This document shows positions 24,299-35,891 of a DNA stretch of 64,000 nt, piece after piece. Every line of letters starts with the position of its first letter. Positions within the stretch are counted from its first letter, which is position 1. A program made the translations under genes and the position numbers. The stretch lies in the NCBI GenBank assembly GCA_050613775.1, contig JBODTK010000115.1, positions 1 to 64,000 of the forward strand, in the 5' to 3' direction. The DNA is from Neocallimastix sp. 'constans' (Eukaryota). The notes below the pieces were generated by a model. That model saw only the letters and a program-made list of their open reading frames with translations. It did no database searches and was not told the DNA's origin.

Positions 24299-26002
24299 TG
24301 TAATAGCTATACTAAAACTAAAATTAATTAATATAACTATTATCTACAATTTTAATATTATTTTTACATAATATTAAAATTGGGAAAATAAAAATTAAAA
24401 AATAAAAATTATACTTAAATTATGCCGAGTTTATTATAAGTAAATATAATAAACAATAACCAAGCTACAGTAGAATAGTAGTTGTAAATATTTTTAAAAT
24501 AATAAAAAAAAGCTTTTATGATTAATAATAGTTTTTGATATATCTATAAAAAATTTATTTTATTTGTTATTATTTATTATATTTTCTTAAAATAATAACT
24601 CTTGATTTCTCAAAGAGAATTCAAGAGTCCTATTTATATTTTTTTTTTAAAATCAATCGGTTAAATAAATTATTTTCTAATCTTAACAAAAAATCTATTT
24701 AGGAAAAGATTAGAAGAAAAATCTAAATAGTTTTTCGATCAATATTCTAATCATATTGATCATCATATAATTAAAGAAAACCTATTTGTTAGGAAAAACA
24801 TTAATTACCGATTTTCTAATTTAATTATTAAAATATTAAATATTGATAGGAAAAAAAAAGATTTTTTTTTTTTTTTTTCATTTAAAAAATAAAGATTAAA
24901 TAATATGATAGATTAGATACATTTATAGTTTATAATACATTATAAAATACATAATTCATTTTAATTAAAATAACTAATATTTTTTATGGTAAAATATTAA
25001 ATACAAATTTACATAATTTTTTGTAAAAATTCTATTTAAATGAATAATAATAATATGTAAATAAATTTTATATTATTTATATAAATGTATAAATTATAAT
25101 ATGTAAATAAATTTAGATCAATATATGAAAATATAACTATTAAATAAATTTATAAGTTAAAATCAATGAATATATTAATTATTATTTAAATAAATATTTT
25201 TTAAAAATAATTATTATTTTATAAATAATTATAAATTATTAATTATTTTTCATTAATTATATGTTAAAATTAAGATATAAAATAGTTTTATGATTAATAA
25301 TGTTACTAGGTTAATATGTTGAATTATATATTAATAATCCAACAATAATTAATTAATAATAATATAATTAAAATAATATAAGATAAATAGTTAAGTTATT
25401 TAAACACTTAATATCTAAGAATATTTTAAATAATAATTTCTTTGAAGGATTTATGAAAATATTTATTTATTGAATTATTAGTATATAATTATTGTAAATA
25501 CAATAACCTTACAAAGAAAATAAAAGATAGATTTTTACATCTTTCTTTTATACTTTGTAAGTTACATAATAATACTATTTAATTATAAGATAATAATAAT
25601 ATAGTAAAATGAATATTAATAAAATATTAAAATAATAGCAATATCGATATGTTTAAAATATTTAATATAATTTAATAAATTTAATTTGTATAATTAATTT
25701 GAATAATTAAAAATAGTAATTAATATATATGATATAAACATATATATAAACATAATATAAATAAATACATGTGACGTCATATGTAAATAATTGAAATTAT
25801 AAATATAAATCTTATTTATTAATATTTTCAGAATTATTAGGCCTAAGATAATTCTTTAAATATTAAATAAGAATTTATATTAATTATTAATTAAATGTAT
25901 ATTGAAATGTGAATAACTGAAATTGAGATTTCAATTCAGTTATAATTTCAACATTATAAGAAATATTAATTATTCATTATTGAATAATTATGATTTCTTA
26001 CA
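24299..26002 (-). mobile_element. Solo LTR S2 (D-like group; long, may contain a further insertion), TSD CAATT
   Basis: TGTAATAG...TTCTTACA; CAATT at 24294-24298 and 26003-26007; structured module at about 24595-24812. Confidence 0.72.
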
Positions 26003-26007
26003 CAATT

Positions 26008-26981
26008 TGTAATAATTTAATTATAAAATGTAATTAAATTATTAATCATTAATATTAGCTCTAACTGCTAATATTAAGGATTAGAAAAGAATCATACTTA
26101 CCTATGATTCAAATCTAATTACTTGGAGTTTATTATAGCAAATATAATAAACGAAACACTAAACTCAGAAAGAGAGCCGGTTTATATTTTGTGAAATTCT
26201 TTTATTAAACAATTTATTTTTTATTAATATAAAAGTAATTAAAAATATTTATTTTAATATTATTGTTATTATTATTATTTATTATATTTGTTATAATAAT
26301 AACTCTTGATTTCTCAAAGAGAACTCAAGAGCCTTATTTATACTTTTTTGTCAAAATAAGGTTAAAATCAAAAGGGGTTCTAATCTTAACAATTCTCTTA
26401 TCTAGGAAAAGATTAGATAGAAAAACCTAGATAAGCTTTTGATCGATATTCTATCCATATCGACCATCGTATTAATTAAATAAAACCAATTACTTTATGG
26501 AAGTAATTGGAAAAACCTTAATTAACCGATTGGTTAATCTAATCTAATGATCGAAAATAAAAGAACAAAAATAAAAGATATTTCGATCATATAAATATGA
26601 ATTTACATATAAGGAAAACAATATATAAATAACATTAAATTATGTATTAAGCAAAATATAAGATACATTATAAAATACAGAATACATTATACAATATAGA
26701 GTAATGTTTTAGTTACATAGTTTAACTAAATTACTAAACTAATAAATTTAATATCTAAATGAATAATTAAATAAATTATTATTATTATTTAAATGTATAA
26801 AATCTATTTATCTAAATAATTTTCTAATACTAAATTAAATAAATATTTAATATAATATTAAAAATAAAATATTAATTATAATTAAGTGTACGAAAGTAAT
26901 ATGATCTAAATAAAGTTATATTATTATAACTTAACTAAGAAAATATAATTATTTTGTTAAAAATAATTATAGATTCTTACA
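26008..26981 (-). mobile_element. Solo LTR S3 (D-like group), TSD CAATT
   Basis: TGTAATAA...TTCTTACA; CAATT at 26003-26007 and 26982-26986. Confidence 0.85.
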
Positions 26982-26987
26982 CAATTT

Positions 26988-27816
26988 TGATAAGAATGTA
27001 CTAAATAATGAATTCTTAATTAAATCTACGATTTATTTCTAATACATTATGTGTACATTATTATTTTTGTACTTTAATAAATTTTTAAATTCAAAGATTA
27101 AAAATTAAATTCAAAATTATATTAAACTTTATATTTTTATATTAAATCTTATATTAATAGTAATATTTTTATATATTTAAAACTTATATTAACAATATTA
27201 ATAATAAATCTTATTTTTTTTATTTTTATATTAATAATGAAAATTTGTATTAATAATATTTTTATATATTGATAATTAAAAATTTATATATTATATTTTA
27301 ACTTTTATTATAAAATTTTATATCGAAATGTTTTATTTTATATTGACAAATATTTTATTTTATTAAAAACCTTTATATTAGAATAGTATTTTTATTTTTA
27401 TTTGAATATTTTAACAGATTGTAATAAAAATTATAGCCAATTAAATAAATTCTTATTAGTAATATTTTAGATAGATTATAAAATAAAAAAAAAAAAAAAA
27501 AAAAAGGTTTTATTAATATTATAAATGTATTTTATTTATATTGTTATAATTAAATTTTATATAATTGATTATAAAAATCAATTTAAATTTAATAGTTTTT
27601 ATATATAAAAAGAAAATAATAATAAAATGTAATTTAGTGGCAAGAACAACTTTTATACCTCGAAAAAAAAAGTATAAATAGTTGTAAATTTTGCTACCAA
27701 TTTTTAAGAATCATCAAAAAAATTAATTAATAAAATAAATAAATAAAATAATAAATAAATAAATAAAATTTGTGTTTCTTTACTTTATTTTTATTTAATT
27801 CTCTAAAACCTTAACA
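26988..27816. mobile_element. Solo LTR, family L4 (inverted copy), TSD ATTT
   Basis: TGATAAGA...CCTTAACA; reverse complement of 23466-24295. Confidence 0.85.
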
Positions 27817-27819
27817 ATT

Positions 27820-28860
27820 TGATACGGGCTGGGGTTGAAACACTAAGATATTCAAGCAAAAAAAATAAATATTAACACATAACTATAAAAATAAATTTGG
27901 AAACAAAAAAAAAAAATTATTTTAAAATATTCTTTATTTAAATTTAAAATTAAAATTATGTGTTCCAAGTATTAAAAAGAAAGAAATTTATTCTTCTTTT
28001 TATACTTTTATTTTAATACATTTTATTTATTATTAATATATTCTTTATAAAAAAACTATTATAACTATTTTATTTTAATTTTTAACTATTATTTTAAATT
28101 ATTTTTTTAAAAAAAAAATAACATTTATTAAATTAAAATATAAAAAATTAATTTAGAGATTGTATCACGAAGGGCATTCCGGGCGGTAGTTTCTTCTTGA
28201 TATTGTTTTTCAGAGAGAGAATTATACAGAATTGATATTTTCTGTATTTTAGTTCATTTTTATTTTTAATAAAGATTTAATTTATTTTTGATTTTTGATT
28301 TATTTTTAGTTTACTTCAAAGGTTTAGAAAATATTATACAGAAACTTATAATTCTGTATTTTATATCAAATATTTATTGAAATAGGTTTTTATTATTTTT
28401 AATATAAAAATAAGAATTAATAATGATTTAAATATTATATAATTTTTAATAAGAATATTTAATAATAATTTTTATTATATTTAATATTAATAAAAGATTT
28501 TTATTAGAATATTTAATAATAATTTTTATTATATTTGATATTAATAAAAGATTTTAATAAGAATATTTAATAATAATTTTTTATTATATTTAATATTAAT
28601 AAAAGATTTTAATAAGAATATTTAATAATAATTTTTTATTATATTTAATATTAATAAAAGATTTTAATAAGAATATTTAATAATAATTTTTATTATATTT
28701 AATATTAATAAAAGAAATTTATAAGAATATTTAATAATAATTTTTATTATATTTGTTATTAATAAAAGATTTTAATAAGAATATTTAATAATAATTTTAT
28801 TTTATTATTATTAAGAGTATTTAATAAGAAATACAAGGTATTTAGTGACACCCCGTATCA
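27820..28860 (-). mobile_element. Solo LTR, family L1, TSD AATT
   Basis: TGATACGGG...CCCGTATCA; AATT at 27816-27819 and 28861-28864. Confidence 0.92.
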
Positions 28861-28863
28861 AAT

Positions 28864-29722
28864 TGTAAGAATCTATAATTATTTGTTAGCAAATAATTAT
28901 ATTTTCTTAGTTAAGTTATTATAACTATAACTTTATTTAATTACATATAATATTTATTAAATTTATTTAATTTAATTTTAAATATTCATTAATTTAACAA
29001 AATTTATTTAATTAATTTTAAATAATATATTTACAATATGTTAAATTCTCTACTGTAACTAATGTATTCTGTATTGTATTGTATTCTGTATTTTATAATG
29101 TATTGTGTATTTTATTAACTATTTAATTTTATATTTTTAATATAAGGATAAATTATATGATCGAAATATCTTTTATTATTTTATTCTTTTATTTTCGATC
29201 ATTAAATTAGATTGGAAAATCGGTTAATTAAGATTTTTTCCAATTACTTTTTAGAAGTAATCGGTTTTACTTAATTAATGCGATGATCGATATGGATAGA
29301 ATATCGATCGAAAACTTATCTAGGTTTTTCTATCTAATCTTTTCCTAGATAAGAGATTTGTTAAGATTAGAAAACCCTTTCTTATTTAACCTTATTTTAA
29401 TAAAAAAATATAAATAAGGCTCTTGAGTTCTCTTTGAGAAATCAAGAGTTATTATTATATAAAAATATAGTTATAATAGTAACAATTTTATATTTTTAAC
29501 CTTAATAAATTAATAATATATTTTATTCAAAAAACATATTTTAAAATTAAATTTATACAAACAATTCTTCTCTTACTTCTCGTGTTATTATTATATCAAT
29601 TTTATAATAAACTCTAAAGGTAAAACATATTTATTTTATTTTATTTTCTCAACTTAATGAATTAGTCGTTAAGTTGTAGTCAATAATTCTATTTTGAGTT
29701 AGTTCTTAATAGAATTATTACA
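28864..29722 (+). mobile_element. Solo LTR S4 (D-like group, opposite orientation), TSD CAAAT
   Basis: TGTAAGAA...TTATTACA; CAAAT at 28859-28863 and 29723-29727; module reads as the reverse complement of S3. Confidence 0.85.
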
Positions 29723-29727
29723 CAAAT

Positions 29728-30201
29728 TGTAAGAAATTACTTATAAAATTAATTATAAATAATTTCTTAACTACAAATTAACATTAATTATTACTAATTA
29801 ACATTAATTTGAGAAAATAAAATTAAATATAATTAAATAAATATAAAATAATATAAATAAATAATTATACTTAACTTAAATATAAGATAGAGTTTATTAT
29901 AGAAAGTTTATAATAAACAATAACACAAAAGGAATAAAAGACACAAATATTTATAAAATATGTTTTATTAAAAGGGTTTTGTTTTATTAATTAATTATTT
30001 TATTTGAATTATTATTTATTATAAAAATTCTAAAATAATAACTCTTGATTTCTCGAAGAGAACTCAAGAGAATCAAATATATATAAATTAATAATTAAAT
30101 ATTATTGGTTAAAATAAATACAATAATTTAATGTATTAAATTAATGTATTAAATAAGAAAGATAGATAAATTTTTTAATAAATTTATCTAAGTTTCTTAC
30201 A
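29728..30201 (-). mobile_element. Short, internally deleted solo LTR S5 (D-like group), TSD CAAAT
   Basis: TGTAAGAA...TTCTTACA; keeps the ATAATAACTCTTGATTTCTC hairpin but lacks the ENE/pseudoknot part. Confidence 0.75.
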
Positions 30202-31013
30202 CAAATGTAATAATTTCTATAAATTATAGAAATTATTATTTATAATTAATATTAACTAAACTATTAAGATTAATTAAAAAATAAAATAAAAATTAAAATA
30301 AAAATAAGAATTTAATACTTATCTTTAAAATTAGAGTTTATTATAAGAAAATATAATAGACCTTAAATGAAAAGAGAAATAAAATAAAATATGTTTTTAT
30401 TAAAAGAACTTTATTAATTTATTTTATTATTAAATATTTTATTATTATTTTTTTTTGACAAATTTTAAAATAACTATTTTATATTAATTGAAATATTAAT
30501 GTCTTTTATTGTTATTATATTTTTCTTAAAATAATAACTCTTGATTTTCTAAAGACGAAAATCAACAGCTATTTATATTTTTTACAAAAGTAAATGGATT
30601 TTTCTAATCTTAACAATGATTCTTTCCAGAAAAAGATTAGAAGAAAAAACTGGAAAGATTTTTGATCAATAATCTATACTTATTGATCATCGTGTTATTA
30701 AATAAAACCAATTATAATTAATCGGGAAAACTTTAATAACCGATTTTAATAACTAAAAGAATTAAAAAGAAAAAAGGATAAAAAAGAGAAGGATAAAATA
30801 ATGCAGAAATTTTATTGAATACATTTTTTCTATGAAATAATACAGAAGTTATATTAAATACATTTTTTCATATAACAATTAATACATTAATTGGTATAAT
30901 TGATTTTAAATGAAATAAATTTTTAATGAATAATAATTATGAAATAATTATTAATTAATAAGAAATAGAAATAAATTATAAAAATTTATATCAATTTCTT
31001 ACATTGCACCTCC

Positions 31014-34000
31014 TTATGATGCATCCACTAGTTCCGGATTTCTTTTTGTATAAGGCTCCAACTGGGAAACATGAAATACCGGATGTAAATGTAGATTTTC
31101 TGGAAAATCTAAACGGTAATTCATTCTCTCCCTCACTTCCAAAACTCTAAACGGCCCAAGATATTGTGAAGAAAGTTTTTTGGATGGCTCATTTGTAAAA
31201 TAATATCTTTTTAGCCATACAAAATCATTTACTTTGAATGAAGGTCCTGTAGCTTTCTTCGAATCTCCAAACTTCTTAAAATTTTCTTTAGCTTTTTGTA
31301 AGTGTCTCTTCAATGCTTCGAAATGTGAGGACCAATCCCTGGTTAAAGCGGAAGCATTATTCTTTAGAAGAACAGGAGGCGACTCTATAGTACAGGAAGG
31401 ATTAAAGCCATAATTAACAAAGAATGGTAATTTACCTATGGACTTATGCAGGGAGTTGTTATAGGCCATTTCACATAAAGGAACATAATAACACCATTCA
31501 TTTTGGGACGTTGAACAATAACATCGGAGATACTGCTCAATTACTGAATTTGCACGCTCAATTTGTCCATTGGATTGTTGATGGTGAGCTGTGGCAAGTC
31601 TTGGATTAGCGTTAATAGCAGAGCACAACGAAGTCCAAAATTCTGATGAAAATTGAGAACCATGGTCCGAAACAATTATTTTAGGGAATCCATGGTAGCG
31701 AAAAACATTGAATAGAAGCATTTTGGCCGTCAGATCAGCGGAGGGAACATCAGAACAAGGAACAAGGTGAATCATTTTGGTCAGATGGTCAGCTACAACC
31801 ATTAAACATGTACAATCTTGCGAGCTGGGAAGTGAAGTGATAAAGTCAACGCTAATTATTTCCCAAGGTCTACTGGGAACCAGTAAAGGTTGTATTTTAC
31901 CATATGGCTTGTGTCTTCGGAGCTTATTTCTTCCACAAACATCGCATGAGGATATGTAATTCTTGATATCTTTTTTCATATTTGGCCACCAATAATTTCT
32001 TCTTAATTTTTCAAAAGTTTTATCTACTCCTTGGTGACCATTAGTTGGACCATCATGATATATTTTCAATACCTTGGCCTTGAGTGAAGAAGGGACAATT
32101 ATTCGGTTCTGAAAATGCAGAACCCCTTCGACGATGGTAAAAAGCGAACTTTTTACTTCATTTGACCTTGTTTTAATTTTATTGAGTGTATCCTTACAGT
32201 ATGTGTCAGACTTCTGAGCTTCAATTAAGGCTTTTAAGTTGTCAGAAGGTGCACAACAAAATATCTCTTCATCTAACAGAGGATAACCTTCATTGGTCGA
32301 ATCCTTGTTGACGTAATCGGGGCGTCTTGACAAAGAGTCAGGTTTACCACTCTTAATACCGGAGCGAAATGAAATCCTATAAGTGAACTTTGAGAGAAAG
32401 AGACTCCGTCTAATTTGTCTTTGGTTTAATTTTTGAGGTTGCTTAAAATATAACAGATTTCTGTGATCTGTGACTACTTGTACTGGAAATTTAGCACCTT
32501 CTAGGTGATGGCGCCAGGTTTCAAAAGCTACGATTATTGCAAGTAATTCCTTGTCATAAATAGTATAATTGATTTCAGCAGAAGACAAGGACCTAGAGTA
32601 GAAAGCAACCGGATGGAGTTTATTGTCTTTGTTACTAATTTGAGATAAAACACAACCAACAGCGAAATTGCTAGCGTCAGTTTCTACAAAGAATTCTTTC
32701 TCTGGATCTGGATAAACTAGGATTTCTTCCGTCGTAAAAGCTTCTTTGAGTTTGTTGAAAGCATTGTCTGCCCTAACATCCCAAATGAAGGAAGAGTTCT
32801 TCTTCAAAAGCCGACGGAGAGGTTCAATGATCTCGGCAAAATTATTTATAAACTTCCTATAGAAGTTACAAAGTCCTAGAAACCCTTGGAGTTCTTTAAT
32901 ATTTTTTGGGATAGGCCAGTCGATAACAGCTTTAACCTTATTCCTGTCCAATGAAAGACCATTTACAGACACCACAAACCCTAAAAAAATAGTTTCTTTA
33001 ACGTGAAAATCACATTTTTCCAATTTCACGTAAAGACCATTTTTAATTAGAAGCGACAATATTTTACGAACATGCTGAATATGTTCGTCCAAACTTTTTG
33101 AATAAATTATTATATCATCCAAGTATACTTGAACAAATATGCCAATTGCATCAGATAAAACATCCTGGATGAATCTTTGAAACACCGAGGGGGCATTTCT
33201 TAGGCCAAAGGGCATTACTAGATATTCAAATTGGCCTAAAGGTGTTCTAAAAGCAGTTAAATATTTATGACCTTCTTTAACGCGGACAAGGTTATACGCA
33301 GATCGAAGGTCCAAACGAGTGAATATTACTGCCCCCTTAAACGATTCAATCAAGTCAACCAATCTTGGGATAGGGTAGCTATTCCTAATAGTAATAGAAT
33401 TTAATTTCCTATAATCAACGCAGAGTCGTAAGCTTCCATCTTGTTTTTTTACAAACAGGACAGGGGCACCAGCAGGTGATTTTGACTTCCTTATAAACCC
33501 CTTATCTAAATTTTCTTTTAAATAATTTTTAAGAGCTTCCATTTCGACAATCGTAAGAGAGTACACAGGTCCATAATATAATTGACCACCAGGGACTAGG
33601 TCAATTGATATATCATATTCACGATGTGGAGGCAATTTGTCTGCCTCTTTCTTTTCAAATACAATTTTCAAATCTTGATAGTATATGTTGATAATTTCAT
33701 CTTTATCAGTTTCATTTACTAAAGCGGCGCAAATATCTATATCAAAAAGTTCGTCACCAGATATTGAGTATGTTTCTGTTTTATCTTTTGATACATTGTT
33801 GTTTTCGTTGTTTGACAAAATTGCGGCAGTAACATCTTTAGAGTGAAAAATGAATTTATTCCCTTTTGCTGAAGGGCAGTGATTTCCGCAGTGGTTCTCT
33901 AAAAAGTAAATCTTATTATTTTTGAAGTCTACGTATGGCATATGAATACTCAACCAATCTCTTCCAAGGATGGCTGATATTCCCTGAAGTTGTAAGGTAG

Positions 34001-34343
34001 CTACGTAGAATTCATAGCTTTCCTTGTGGTCCATGAAGGCAAGGCCTAATTTCTTCGTTACTTGTCTTATATTCATACTTTTGTTGTTCGGTAACTGAAT
34101 GTTCAATGGTGAAGACAAGGTAGATAATTGAATTCTGTTGGCGTTTACAAAGTCTCTACAGATGTAACTTCTTGCAAAACCAGAATCAATAAGGACGTTT
34201 ATTTTCATTTTCTTTCCATTATTATTTAATATAAATGTAGTGGTCATTGAATTTGAGGTGTTTGGTGTATAGTTAGCCGAAAGGATGCTTTCTTTGTTTT
34301 GATTTTTTCTGAATTTCTTGTGTACTTTGTTGTTCTTGAATTC
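31014..34343 (-). CDS. pol: Pol of element D (PR, RT, RNase H, IN; no chromodomain)
   Basis: VLIDSG, LPPHREYD, SKSPAGAPVLFVKK, YLDD, ETDAS, WEIISVDF, SDHGSQF, GPF, HPVFHVSQL. The frame is open back to the gag stop. Confidence 0.93.
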   Translation of the reverse strand, partial: EFKNNKVHKKFRKNQNKESILSANYTPNTSNSMTTTFILNNNGKKMKINVLIDSGFARSYICRDFVNANRIQLSTLSSPLNIQLPNNKSMNIRQVTKKLGLAFMDHKESYEFYVATLQLQGISAILGRDWLSIHMPYVDFKNNKIYFLENHCGNHCPSAKGNKFIFHSKDVTAAILSNNENNNVSKDKTETYSISGDELFDIDICAALVNETDKDEIINIYYQDLKIVFEKKEADKLPPHREYDISIDLVPGGQLYYGPVYSLTIVEMEALKNYLKENLDKGFIRKSKSPAGAPVLFVKKQDGSLRLCVDYRKLNSITIRNSYPIPRLVDLIESFKGAVIFTRLDLRSAYNLVRVKEGHKYLTAFRTPLGQFEYLVMPFGLRNAPSVFQRFIQDVLSDAIGIFVQVYLDDIIIYSKSLDEHIQHVRKILSLLIKNGLYVKLEKCDFHVKETIFLGFVVSVNGLSLDRNKVKAVIDWPIPKNIKELQGFLGLCNFYRKFINNFAEIIEPLRRLLKKNSSFIWDVRADNAFNKLKEAFTTEEILVYPDPEKEFFVETDASNFAVGCVLSQISNKDNKLHPVAFYSRSLSSAEINYTIYDKELLAIIVAFETWRHHLEGAKFPVQVVTDHRNLLYFKQPQKLNQRQIRRSLFLSKFTYRISFRSGIKSGKPDSLSRRPDYVNKDSTNEGYPLLDEEIFCCAPSDNLKALIEAQKSDTYCKDTLNKIKTRSNEVKSSLFTIVEGVLHFQNRIIVPSSLKAKVLKIYHDGPTNGHQGVDKTFEKLRRNYWWPNMKKDIKNYISSCDVCGRNKLRRHKPYGKIQPLLVPSRPWEIISVDFITSLPSSQDCTCLMVVADHLTKMIHLVPCSDVPSADLTAKMLLFNVFRYHGFPKIIVSDHGSQFSSEFWTSLCSAINANPRLATAHHQQSNGQIERANSVIEQYLRCYCSTSQNEWCYYVPLCEMAYNNSLHKSIGKLPFFVNYGFNPSCTIESPPVLLKNNASALTRDWSSHFEALKRHLQKAKENFKKFGDSKKATGPSFKVNDFVWLKRYYFTNEPSKKLSSQYLGPFRVLEVRERMNYRLDFPENLHLHPVFHVSQLEPYTKRNPELVDAS

Positions 34344-35009
34344 CTATTTTGGATGCTCATCTCTTTTTCTTTTTTGCGACTTGTTGGTTGACTTATTTGT
34401 TTTGGCTAGGTTGTTAATATAACATTTTTTATCGATGCTGATGATTGAATTTGTTGCTTCAAAAAGGGTCTTTGGTCTTTCGATTTTATCGAACTCCAGA
34501 CGAACCTCCTCAAGAAGGCCTCTCCGGATAAGGTCAATAAAAACATCGTCGTTCCAACCAATTCTTGACGCTAATCTTCTGAATTCAATAGTGAAGAAAG
34601 CTGCCTTTCCGAGGTGAAGCTGTTTAAGGTTCAAAAGTTCTTCAATTAAAACAAACCTTTGTTCCTTTGTATCTCCAAAATTTTCTAACAATAACCTCTT
34701 AAATTCCTCATAGGTGAGAGAATTAAGTGTTCCATCAGCCTTGAGAGATAATCCCCATTTTTTAGCTGGTCCATAAAGTTTGCTGATAACGAAAGCGTTT
34801 CTAAAGTCGTCACTTGGGAACGAATTGGCATGTTCATCAAAGAACAATTCACACTGTTCCGTTAGTTCGTTTAGATTAAGCTTTGTGTTGTCTTCATTGC
34901 GGGCCAACACACCGTTAGGTGAAAAAAATGTTGGAATAAATTCGGTAATTGCAGAAATTAATTTTGACGCTTCAGCTTCCTTAGTAGCTTCCATACTGGT
35001 TGAATTCAT
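34344..35009 (-). CDS. gag: Gag of element D (retrotransposon capsid)
   Basis: FVISKLYGPAKKW...F...L...F and LLNLKQ...FTIEFRRLASRIGWND match the gypsy Gag pattern; same frame as pol. Confidence 0.88.
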   Translation of the reverse strand: MNSTSMEATKEAEASKLISAITEFIPTFFSPNGVLARNEDNTKLNLNELTEQCELFFDEHANSFPSDDFRNAFVISKLYGPAKKWGLSLKADGTLNSLTYEEFKRLLLENFGDTKEQRFVLIEELLNLKQLHLGKAAFFTIEFRRLASRIGWNDDVFIDLIRRGLLEEVRLEFDKIERPKTLFEATNSIISIDKKCYINNLAKTNKSTNKSQKRKRDEHPK

Positions 35010-35879
35010 TAAAATACTAAATAGACTTTTTTAATATAATAGAACTTTAATATATCTTTAATATATCTTTAATATATCTTTAAAATATTTTTAAAATATC
35101 TTTAAAATATCTTTAAAATATCTTTAAAATATCCTTTAAAATATGTATATAATTGTTAAATATAAATTATTTATATTAATAATAGAAATTTATAACTTCG
35201 GAGTCTAGAAGAACACTTCCAATATTTTAACAAAAATGAGCATTTCCGACCAATTTTCCAGAAGCCCCTGAGTTTGAGTGATAGTATGCGCTATACGACC
35301 AGCTTGCCTATTAATGGTGTCTTGTTGCCGCGCGCACCACGATTGCAATCTGTTTACCATTAAAACAGACCAGTTCAGAGCCTCCCGCACAGCTTGTCGT
35401 GAAGGGTAAACTTAATCCGGAAATCACTCAGTTACAAGACTCAGGCTACTCCTGCTTCTAAAGTTCGTACTAATTCTCATTATATTGTTTATTTTTGGAA
35501 ATAACTTCTAGAATCCTTTATTATAAATTAATATTTTTAAATATAAAAAATTTAATTATTAGTATAATTTATAGTATATGATTTACGTATTTATTATTAT
35601 TGTTATTGTTATAATTATTTTATTTAATAATATAATTATATTATCTACTAGTATATACAATTTAATTTATATAATTATAATTTACTATTAAAATTTTTTT
35701 TTTTTTTTTTTTTTTTATTATATTATTTATTTATCTGATTGGAAAAAATAATAATTTTTTTTTTTTTTTTTTTTTCTTTAATATTATTTATTTATTTATT
35801 TGATCGGATAAAATAATTTTTTTTTTTTTTTTTTTACTTTTGTACTACAATATCATAATACAATTAACTAATTACCTAG

Positions 35880-35891
35880 AAGAGTTATTAT
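35880..35891 (-). promoter_or_regulatory. Self-priming primer-binding site of element D
   Basis: Minus-strand ATAATAACTCTT abuts the 5' LTR and is complementary to AAGAGTTATTAT at 36225-36214 in the LTR, about 30 nt downstream of TATAAATA. No TGG tRNA-type PBS. Confidence 0.78.

Noticed and set aside
23466..27816. Composite or TIR transposon bounded by about 830-bp inverted repeats
   Set aside because: Each repeat has its own TG...CA ends and ATTT duplication and fits the sequential insertion order, so they are independent solo LTRs.
35205..35390. 61-aa ORF in the element D leader
   Set aside because: Non-ATG start and no recognisable motif; more likely a by-product of a GC-rich leader.
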